This document shows positions 53,735 to 64,000 of a stretch of 64,000 nt of DNA, piece by piece (position 1 is the first letter of the stretch; every line of letters starts with the position of its first letter). The DNA comes from Octopus sinensis (Eukaryota): positions 6,014,001-6,078,000 of the forward strand of contig NC_043009.1 in NCBI RefSeq assembly GCF_006345805.1. Reading direction: 5' to 3'. A model generated the notes under the pieces. That model did not search any database. It worked only from the letters and a program-made list of their open reading frames with translations, and was not told where the DNA came from. The position numbers and the translations under genes are program-made.

Positions 53735-53950
53735 GTTAAGGTGGTGAGCTGGTAGAATCGTTAGTTACGACGGGCAAAATTTTAGAAGCATTGCTTCCGC
53801 TTTTACGTTCTGGGTTCAAATTCCGCTGTGGTCGATTTAGCTTTTCATCCTTTCGGCGTCTATAAATTAGGTACCAGCCGCGCACTGTGGATGATGTAAT
53901 CGACTGATCCCCTCCCCCGATTTGTTGGTCTTGTGCTAAAATTTGAAACA
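53735..53950 (+). mobile_element. SINE family A
   Basis: GGTGAGCTGGTAGAATCGTTAG..TTACGTTCTGGGTTCAAATTCCGC. Confidence 0.85.
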
Positions 53951-54854
53951 AGTATTCCATTAGATAGTGGGTAGCTATTTTCCTCATTACTCAGGGTGTG
54001 ACGACCCTGCCTGACACGAGTCCGAGGCTAAGCTGGCTCCGGCTGACAGTACCCGGTATTGGCCCCTATCCAGCGTTAAGGAAAGGAGACAAACTTCAAA
54101 CAAATCCTGAGTGGAGCCCCGTTGGCGGTTTAGTGTTCGACTCAACACTGTTCCGACAGCTCCTACAACCAAGCTGGTGGCAAACTTAATGCTCTGCATT
54201 CCTTTGGAATACATTAGCAAGGTCAAGAGAAGAATCCTGACGATTGGACTACCCAGGATTTTCTTACATCTAGCCCGAGCCTGCGCGAAACTGGAGAGGA
54301 CAGGAAATGTAAAATCCAGATTGGATTAGTTTATCCACAACTCCATTGTCTTCCACGACAAACGGATGCCAACAGCAGCAGTAGCAATTCCATTACTGCT
54401 TTAAATTGTTGTCTCTAAAATGTACCAAGCTGGATATCACGTTAAATGGTCAGTTCTCGTTCAAGCTACAAGCTAGATATACGTTAAATAGTCAGTTCCC
54501 GTCCAGTAAATCTAGCCATGTATACAAATGTGCCAATTAATAAATCAAATAATCTTATCAGCTGTCGATTTTCTTCCGCTTCCTGTGCAAAATACCACCA
54601 TCCACCATTGCTCTATAAATGTAACCTTTACTTCAGAAAAGCTACTTAAATTTAGGTTGAGCCTATCTATACTTAGTTTTAGAATGGGCCCCTATGACGT
54701 GAGAAAGTGTTAAGATAAATACGGTGTCGGTAGAAATTAAGGTAATCCCGTCACTTGTATCACACTTATGTTTATATGCATGTGTTGTTATTCTATTAGG
54801 TTGCAAATATATATTTCTATATGTAAGTATGTATGTATTATGTATGCATGTATG

Positions 54855-54892
<38 letters not shown>

Positions 54893-54896
<4 letters not shown>

Positions 54897-55094
54897 ATCC
54901 AAACACGAAAGCACAAAAAAACACAACAACCCAAGGGCGTGGAACAAATATAGTATTATTGGACGCTCAGGAAAGAAGGGAAGAAGGAGGGTTCAACGTT
55001 TCGAGCGGAGCTCTTCGTCGGAAACATAGGAGAAGGAAAGATCCTGAGAAGGGAAGACACAGGAAAAAATCGCCAACGGTACACACGGTGTGAC
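54893..55094 (-). mobile_element. About 200-bp TA-embedded element with minimal HHR-like motif
   Basis: Minus strand 54991-55025: GTTT CCGACGA A GAGC TCC GCTC GAAAC GTT^GAAC; (TA)n left, (CA)/(TA)n right. Confidence 0.75.
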
Positions 55095-55212
55095 CACACA
55101 CACACACATATATATTATACTATATATATATATATATATAGATATATATATAATATATATATAGATATAGAGAGAGAGAGAGAGAGAGAGAGAGTGATAT
55201 CATATAAAACGT

Positions 55213-55253
<41 letters not shown>

Positions 55254-55258
55254 GAAAC

Positions 55259-55802
55259 TCAATACCTCGAAACTCGAGTCCGTGTGTATCATAAGTTGAA
55301 GACGGGAAGGATGACTTCCCTTTGCAAATACTGACAGGACACAGATAGTGTGTCTATGGCCAGCTGGAGGAGTGTGTCCTCCTGGGGCTAAAAACTACAG
55401 TAGCATCCACCCTTAGGGGTTAGCCATATTGAAATGGCAAAAATACGTCACGATGTGTTACCGCTACTGTATATAACTCACTTTGATATTTATCATTGTT
55501 TGATTTCACTTTTTCAATATCAGCGACAGTGGGCGCTGGAAAAGTATAAGTATTTGTGAAGGAAATCTAATTCTCGGCGACAACTATGATTGTCACACGC
55601 TGACGAGAGGTCAATACCTCGAAACTCGAGTCCGTGTGTATCATAAGTTGAAGACGGGTAGGATGACTTCCCTTTGCAAATACTGACAGGAACAGATAGT
55701 GTGTCTATGGCCAGCTGGAGGAGTGTGTCCTCCTGGGGCTAAAAACTACAGTAGCATCCACCCTTAGGGGTTAGCCATATTGAAATGGCAAAAATACGTC
55801 AC
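55259..55802 (+). mobile_element. Retrozyme-like element: about 1.5 tandem copies of a 352-bp monomer within (TA)n
   Basis: 55259-55451 is repeated at 55611-55802 with about 2 differences; (TA)n at 55216-55250 and 55803-55848; HHR at the unit junction. Confidence 0.88.
55581..55650 (+). ncRNA. Type I hammerhead ribozyme, canonical core
   Basis: CAACT ATGAT TGT CACACG CTGACGA GAGGT CAAT ACCTC GAAAC TCGA GTC^CGTGTG T ATCAT A AGTTG; extended bulged stem I, 5-bp stem II, palindromic TCGA loop III. Confidence 0.93.
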
Positions 55803-56554
55803 TATATATATATATATATATATATATCTATATATATATATATATATATAAAGTTTGATAGATGGAATGAAAGATAGATAGATAGATAGATAGAAATATA
55901 GATAGGTCGATGAATAGGTGAGCGAAGAGAAGGTATGGGCAAATGCATATCGAAAGTGAACAAAACTCTTAGAGTTCAAACATTACCCAACATATTTTTT
56001 ACATATTTTACTCTGATTTTTATATATCACCATTATTTCACCTCTGCATATTTATATATGAATTATATGCTAATATTTCTCTCCAAATGAAACTTCTATA
56101 CAAAAAATAATATTCACTTCTTATCTTCCACAATAGTATTTAATCAAAGCAAAAAACTAGTTATGATCTAACAACTAAAAGCACTGTGTATCTGCAACTG
56201 TGTTAAGATCCCCCTCCTTCAATATGGCAACACATAACGCTTCACCACAATCTGAATACATGTAAAACTAGCCGTCATGCTTACTTGAACTCATCATATT
56301 TGACGATCTGTTAAAAGTGCAACATAGTCCGGCGTCATTCTGTTCCCGACAAGAAATTAGTTTTAAATTTTGGCAAAAAGTCAGTAAGAGATACGTCAAT
56401 TACATAGACTCCAATGATCAAATGGCACTTATTTTATTGACCTCCAAAGAATTAGGAACAAAGTCGACCTGAACTCAGAAAGTAAAGACGGACGAAATGC
56501 TTCTCAAGCAATTTACTTACCCGTACTAATGATTGTGCTTACTCACCGCCTTAT

Positions 56555-56930
56555 ATTCAACTACGAGCAAAACGACCCCCGTCCGATGGGCCGTGCTGAG
56601 TTGTCGAGCATTTAAACTAAATTTTCTCAAAACAACTTTTCTGACCGTCACATAGGCCTCCCCTTTGAGAAACACTGATTTAACCTAACTTTGAGACACC
56701 AGCAAAAGACGGATTTCGACTGATGTACTTGTGCGTACAAATGCCCGTTCCCACGGCTTTATCGATTACATTCTCACCTGGAATCGATATTTATAATTTT
56801 TCCAAGACCTATACGCGCCCTGATGCCGTCGGTATCTACATTTCAAATTTGAGCGCAATCGGATCGAGGATGCCCGAGATCCTAGAACACACACACACAC
56901 ACACACACAGAAAAGGTTTTATATAATAGA
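56555..56930 (+). mobile_element. Putative non-autonomous Helentron/DINE-like element
   Basis: CATTTCAAATTTGAGCGCAATCGGATCG, then (CA)n, then TTTTATATAATAGAT end; layout resembles HINE/DINE-1-type elements. Confidence 0.4.
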
Positions 56931-57493
56931 TAAAATATTAACACTTACCTTATAACCAATTTCCACCTAAGTACTAAGCTCTTGTATGCAGTACATTAAT
57001 TAACTTTACAAATGCGAAATGGTGCTGGTAAATAACTTACAACCAACACAAGCTCGGTGAAAGAAGCATTTGGCATTTGGCAGATAGAACTCAAACACTA
57101 GCTACATATCAGTGACTGAAAATTTGTCATTTATTATCCTCAGATACCAAAGATGCTTCATTAATCCGTCGTAGTACATTTGAGCAAGCTGTATTCATAG
57201 CTTTTTATTTTGTTCTTAATCATATTCAGTAGCACTCAGTGTCAACCGTATACGATGGTATTGTTCTAACATTCTCGAATATGCGATTTATGCAACATCC
57301 AATTATATAATCTTAAGGAAAATAATAGCTAAAACTCCATCTGAATTCAATATAATTTAACGCCTACGAATCCTGATTACTATCTTTCAAGTCATCAATT
57401 ATTTATTAACATCCCATTCATTTATACGAGATATACAAGTTATTGTAATTTCAGAAAATTTTACAATGACAATCATACACCAATATACATATA

Positions 57494-57540
<47 letters not shown>

Positions 57541-57602
57541 TATATATATATATGTGTGTGTGTGCTTATATATAAAAATAATATATACATATATATGTAT
57601 AT

Positions 57603-57662
<60 letters not shown>

Positions 57663-58122
57663 AATAATATATTGTGTGTGTGATTATGTATATAACTATA
57701 TATATAGTTATATATACATATGTATATACATTTATACATATAAATATATATATATATTTATACACTCAAAATTATATATATGTATATATATATATATATA
57801 TGTGTGTGTGTGAGTGTGAATGTGTGAGTGTTTGTGCGGTGTGTGTATGTATGAGTATGTGTCTGTGTGTATGTGTGTGTGCTTGTGTGGTGTGTGTGCT
57901 TGTGTGGTGTGTGTGTGTATGTGTGTGTGCGTGTGTGCGTGTGTACATTTCATCTATTTCGGAACAAATGAACACATTATAAATAAATGATGAATTCAAA
58001 TATATTAATGAAGATACATAGGTGGTGACGCATCCTGAATATACATGTGTTTTGTTTTTTCTCAGATTATCATTATGGAATTAGAGGATGCACAGAGGAT
58101 ACGACTCACCCACACACACACA

Positions 58123-58157
<35 letters not shown>

Positions 58158-58159
58158 TT

Positions 58160-58392
58160 AAGGCGGCGAGCTGGCAGAAACGTTAGCACGCCGGGTGAAA
58201 TGCGTAGCCGTATTTGGTCTGTCGTTACGTTCCGAGTTCAAATTCCGCCGAGGTCACCTTTGCCTTTCATCCTTTCGGGGTCGATAAATTAAGTACCAGT
58301 TACGCACAGGGGTCGATCTAATCGACTTAATCTGTTTGTCTGCCCTTGTTTGTCCCCTCTGTGTTTAGCCCCTTGTGGGTAGTAAAGAAATA
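58160..58392 (+). mobile_element. SINE family A, well-preserved single unit in (TA)n
   Basis: GGCGGCGAGCTGGCAGAAACGTTAGCACGCCGGG..GTGGGTAGTAAAGAAATA. Confidence 0.9.
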
Positions 58393-58429
58393 TATATAAT
58401 ATATATATATATATATATTCACATCGGAT

Positions 58430-58860
58430 GTTCCGGGAACACCTTTAAGCAATATTTTTATGATCCTGGAGGGACGCTATGCCATGTCCTTCGCCAGTCA
58501 CGTTTTGCCCTTGAAGAAGGAAGGGGCTCCACAAGTAATCACAGAGAAAATCCTTAAGATACTGGGTCCCTACATGAACGGGAGTAAATGTTGGAAGCTG
58601 TGGATAGTGAAACGCGCAAGGATCTCTTTCGACCTGGGGAACTTCTTAAATTCCAGGACGTAAGCTTTCGGGCCCTGCTTATATTTCAGGCGATTCCTAC
58701 TGATATACTAGGCTCTGTGTAGATTCCGGTCTAAGGGAGACAATCCATTGCATTTGACTATGTTCAAAAACTAGCCACGAGCTCTGTCTTCAAGAGAGTA
58801 TATAAGGGCCACCACCTATTAAATTCGCTTTATACTAGGAAACCCTGTGAAAAAGTCATG
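58430..58860 (+). mobile_element. PLE fragment: GIY-YIG C-terminal end plus downstream region
   Basis: SFASHVLPLKKEG..KILKILGPYMNGSKCWKLW..LGNFLNSRT..GPC resembles the PLE C-terminus (SHIW.LK..PY.NGSK.C.LC..LLN.R); compare 9200-9260. Confidence 0.65.
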
Positions 58861-58952
58861 ATTATCTTTCTCTCTCTCTGTTTCTTACTTTCTTTCTTTT
58901 TGTCTCTCTCTCTCTCTCGTTCTCTGTTTCTCTCTGCGCCTCATCAGTATAT

Positions 58953-59000
<48 letters not shown>

Positions 59001-59002
<2 letters not shown>

Positions 59003-59278
59003 AAAATAACAACAAGAATGGATTAAAATCTCGTACATTGTTTCGTACGAGGACATCTTTAATAAGCTACAAAAATTGCAGTAAATACAGATGGCTCGTA
59101 CTCTCGTCAGCCGAAAAGACATCAGAGAATTCCCAAAACATCAAAAGGGGTAGATACAAATGAGGGTGTAAGATTAACTGCATTGAAGAAAGTTCGATTC
59201 CTGGAGATCCGATGAAAGGTCTTGAACTTACAGAATTTGTGCATGTCTATATATAGCTCATATTGAATTGTTAATCAA
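59001..59278 (-). mobile_element. TA-embedded short element with variant HHR motif (59029-59118)
   Basis: TTTCG G CTGACGA GA GTACGAG..CTCGTAC GAAAC AAT GTA^CGAGA; (TA)n on both sides. Confidence 0.6.
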
Positions 59279-59281
59279 TAT

Positions 59282-59338
<57 letters not shown>

Positions 59339-59340
<2 letters not shown>

Positions 59341-59888
59341 CAATTGAGGGTAAAATTAATTATTCAATTTCACCAATTTCTGAACACTTGGTGAAATTGA
59401 TTAATTTATTTAACCCTCAATTGTTGATATTATAATTCATTTCTCTCTGCCATACTGCCTTGGTTCTCGCGGTTAAAATATAATGTTTGCTAGATAGACC
59501 ACGTGAGTGGAAAAGGAGTGCAGAAATTTACGCCTGCGCATTTTGAATTTGTTAGCACTTCAGTTGGAGCTGGTTCATTTGAAGCGACAAGTTTGCAGAG
59601 AGGTAAAGTTCCTTCTTTTTAGTGTTTCCAAATCCAAATTAAGAAATTTTGAGCTGACGAAAGAAATGCTGATTTTATTTGGCTAATCTTGAAACGTTGA
59701 CGTACTCAAACGATCTATGTACTTGTGATATTTTTCTGTATTTACCTCCAAACCTTCGTGAGCTGTCTGGAGTAAACATTATCTGAGAGAAATTTTCTTT
59801 AAGTAGTAGAAATGGCTAAAATTTTTTTGGCTGCTATTTCTACTTAGTTCAGTATGTGGCAAAGTAATTTATTTTACTAAGCCCTAAT
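59339..59888 (+). mobile_element. TA-embedded element with 5' fold-back (59339-59425) and HHR
   Basis: AACAATTGAGGG..TTTCACCA / TGGTGAAA..CCCTCAATTGTT; (TA)n on both sides. Confidence 0.75.
59648..59710 (+). ncRNA. Type I hammerhead ribozyme
   Basis: TTTGAG CTGACGA AAGA..TCTT GAAACG TTGA CGTA^CTCAAA; 6-bp stem I, 4-bp stem II base, 3-bp stem III with tetraloop. Confidence 0.82.
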
Positions 59889-59933
<45 letters not shown>

Positions 59934-60299
59934 GTATCTCACCGTGAGTGGTCAATGCTAGATGTGTCGAAGCAATTGTTGTAATTAATAATAATTCTCG
60001 TATTTCCATCTTCCGTCATTCATTTACCATATATTCATATATATATGTAATATACTGCATGTTGTAACGAATGTAATGCACAGTAAACTACCAATTCTTT
60101 GCAATATTAGTTGATGTGTTCAGAGGAAAAGGTATCACGCGCAAGGGAATTTGGGAATCAAGATGGAAAGATCATTTTAAAATACAAGATTATTGTGATA
60201 TTTTCATGCAGTGTGAGACCGCTAAAGTTAAGAAACGTAAAAGATACAACACTAGTTGTCAAACATTTGTGCCCTCACTACATCTATCTATCTCTCTAA

Positions 60300-60331
<32 letters not shown>

Positions 60332-60749
60332 CGATCTATCTATCTATTTATTTATCTATATATTTAACTTTCAACCTATCTCTCTGTCTCTCTCTCACTC
60401 TCACACACACACAGAGTATATATATTTATATAAACACGAGCTATTGGACTCGATGTTGCTCGTATGTTCCGTGTTGAAATGAACCTCATCTCTGGCCTTG
60501 TATTGAAATCTTGCACGTTCACCGAGCCAACTATTACCCGTTAAGATGTTCTATCTGGTTCAGAGCAGGGATTTAATCCGGTTAACATTTTCGACATACT
60601 CCTACATACTGAACCGTCTGAAATCGCAGTCAAACCTTTGGGTGTTCCTCGACCCGCTGAGAGTGATGTTTGTTTATTTCTCTGCCCTTAATGCCAGCAA
60701 CTGTAGAAAACTGATCAGCGTGTCAAAACTCAGCAAAATACAATCCATG

Positions 60750-61600
60750 TGACCATTTACATGAAAATATGCCATTGACTTTTAAATCCCAATACACTAT
60801 ATGAATACTCATATTTCACATGTCGGAGTGCTAAATTTTACTCATAGGTCAATTTTCTTCATTATTTTATTGTGACTGAATTTTGACGATTTCTGCATGT
60901 CACCAGTTTAATTGTTTTTCTCCATGATTCCAACCATAAACTTTACCTCAATGTCAAATTTAATTAAAATCGGATAAATTCTGTAAGGTTACAGCATAAA
61001 ATATTAATCCTATGGGTAATTGCATACAAAAAGTGTATTGATTTCTTAAAACTCCTCGCTCGCGCAAATATCAATTCTTGTCAACTCTTCATTTTGGCAT
61101 CAACTAATGGACTTGAATTGAATCACGTGTAAAATTTCGACAAAATCGTAAAGAATAACTTTAAGGAAAAGGTCAGTTGCATTTGTGACCTTTTCAGGCC
61201 CTTTTGAATTACATAAACACATTCGCCGTCTCCCCCACCACAAAATTTACCTACATCTCAAATTTCATTAAATTCGAAAAAAAATATAAAATATACGGCC
61301 AAAAATAAAATCCCTATGAATAATTTGCACGCAAAAAAACTATTGATTTTATAAAACCATAGGTCAGGCGCAATAATTGATTTTTTTTTTCATCAACGCC
61401 ATATACTGACATCAACTCAATTTAACAACGGGCGTTTGTTGGAACATTAACAGAACCTATCATGAGGAGTAAATAAGCGAAATAAGGATCAACTTGAAGA
61501 AGTTTTCAACTCAAAGAGAAAAACCATTGGAGGGCTGATTTGCAAACCACGTTTTTAGTCAATCTTTAGGGAGCGTAGCAGAAGAGATTAGCCGTGTGAT
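60750..61600. repeat. Degenerate internally repetitive element (about 150/300-bp subrepeats)
   Basis: ATCCTATGGGTAATTGCATACAAAAAGTGTATTGATTTC at about 61007 versus ATCCCTATGAATAATTTGCACGCAAAAAAACTATTGATTTT at about 61310; recurring CAAATTT..AAATCG. Confidence 0.5.
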
Positions 61601-61612
61601 ATATATATATAT

Positions 61613-61659
<47 letters not shown>

Positions 61660-62089
61660 CAATGGTGACCCTGGCACTTGGTCTATTCGGTCTTAGCCCG
61701 AGTACAAATTTAGTAAGGTGAGCATGTATTTGCAAGCTGATTTAATTTCTACCAACAATAACTTGAAGTATGTAACTTCAGCCAATAAATTGGGTTCCTC
61801 TTATTGAGCCTGGTTGCATTTCAGCGTCTGGCGGTCGTCTTCTAGGTGTTCTCCTGACATCATTCATAAGCCCGTGACTCGTGTTGAGAAGTTGAAGTCC
61901 GAGTTGTTATCTATGATCGTAAATATATATATATAATAAATACAAGTATTTAAAAAGAACTTAGCACTAGTGTTGCTTCATTCGATTAAAAATTATTCAA
62001 AACGGTACCACAACGCGGCCGCAGTCTTCTAACCGATATAAATATAAGGTAAAATATTTAAAAAATGTAAATGTTATTAGGTATCTACG

Positions 62090-62620
<531 letters not shown>

Positions 62621-63214
62621 AAAATACCTATAGGTATAAGTAAGTGTAAATGTACTGCGACATTGATTGATGACACGTAATTCATAAGTTCACTCCTTAA
62701 AATAATTGAACGGATATATATGGCATTAGCAAGTGTTCTGAGCCTCGTATGAAGATTAGTAAATTTAAAAGAACATGTTTTCTTCCTGTTAATTAAAATC
62801 ATATCACTGAGCAGAGTAATTTGTTCGCCGGAAATTTTCATTTTAATAATATATTCGATTAAATAAAACATTTGTATGATTTAGAAGTATGAATCCTAGA
62901 AATTGTAATATTTATACTAATGAGTGGAAGATTAATGCTTCAGGGTTATAATGGAGTGATATATTTTCAGTATATAAGATCAGCTACGTAGAAATATTTC
63001 CGTTAGGAAGCCTGCCTATTTAAACGATATATAATTTATTGCTGTTCGGCAAATTCCCATCGTCTCTGTAATACTTACCTGTTATGAATTTCATTGAAAA
63101 CAATATCATTACTAATTTATGGATAGTAACATAATACATATATCCACACACACATACACACACACACACTCACACACATATACATATTTGTATGTATATG
63201 TATATACATAATGT

Positions 63215-64000
63215 ATATATAAATACAGTGTACATTTAAACGCATAAGAGGTATCCGTCATAGTAATCATGGTACGCTAGAACAGCCAAAGTCCAAACCA
63301 CTATTAGGGATAAAACTTCGAAGGGAATGAAAAATGAAAACATTTACCATCTATCTCCTGGACCATGATTTCTGACATTTTTTTTAGCAAATAAAATAAT
63401 TTGCTAGGCGAAGTTTTCATCAACAGGCACGCCAAGATCAAACATATAAGTACGAGGAAATCCAGCATGCGTCACGTGCTTACTCATTTCAACCTTTCAA
63501 ATCCAGCGCGCAAGCGCTGTTTTTTGTCGACAGCAAAAAGAAAATGTAATATCAGCGTTACTTCGAAAGTCAATATTTAATAATATCAGGGTAATAATTT
63601 GTTTATATATTTTTACTACCAGTGACCTAGCGAGTAGAAAAATTAGTCAATAGACTATACATAATTCATATAAATACAGTGTACCTTTGAAAACATAAAT
63701 GGTATCCGTCATAGGATTCCTGGCATGCTAGAAAGAATAGCCAAATTAAAATGTATAAGCAAGAGGCACATGCTGGATTCGCCTCGTACTTATATGTTTA
63801 CTCTAAGCGTACCTGCTGATGAAGACTTCGCCTTGCAAGTTATTTTATTTGCTAAAAATTTCATTCCCTTCGAAGTTTTATACCTAATAGTGGCTCGGAA
63901 TTTGGCTGTTCCTTGTAGCGTGGCAGGAATTCTATGACGGATATTTCTTATGTGTTTCAATGTGCACTGTATTTATATGAACAATATGTAGTCTATTGAC
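63215..64000. mobile_element. Composite fold-back (MITE-like) element running off the window end
   Basis: 63215-63345 is the reverse complement of about 63858-63976; 63645-63745 is the reverse complement of about 63900-64000. Confidence 0.75.

Noticed and set aside
53995-54330. GC-richer segment with small hairpins and CTGACGA
   Set aside because: No HHR fold and no confident family assignment; probably a LINE or SINE UTR fragment.
57144-58120. Additional acceptor-like sites with short frames (DTKDASLIRRSTFEQA at 57144; DYHYGIRGCTEDTT at 58067)
   Set aside because: Donors are weak or absent, and such sites are common by chance in T-rich DNA.

Overview
AT-rich, microsatellite-dense eukaryotic DNA, essentially intronic or intergenic. 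The SINE families and long (TA)n/(TG)n/(TAA)n tracts look like a coleoid cephalopod (Octopus-like) genome; this is inference, not searched. Most of the ORF track is microsatellite translation. Recognisable mobile elements: three deleted mariner copies, one Tc1-like element, a nearly intact GC-rich CR1-type RT, several R4/Dong-type RLE LINE copies beside (TAA)n tracts, Penelope-like (PLE) GIY-YIG fragments and five tRNA-derived SINE families. The main unexpected signal is a set of type I hammerhead ribozyme (HHR) motifs, found by eye, in about seven short non-coding element families. These include a 534-bp tandem array with a fold-back end and a 14-bp target-site duplication (426-2038), a 352-bp tandem unit inside (TA)n (55259-55802), a fold-back with two opposed HHRs (46367-46547) and a near-canonical HHR at 59648-59710. 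They fit PLE-dependent non-LTR retrozymes (potential circRNA producers) that mostly home to microsatellites. A few possible + strand exons exist but do not assemble into a gene.
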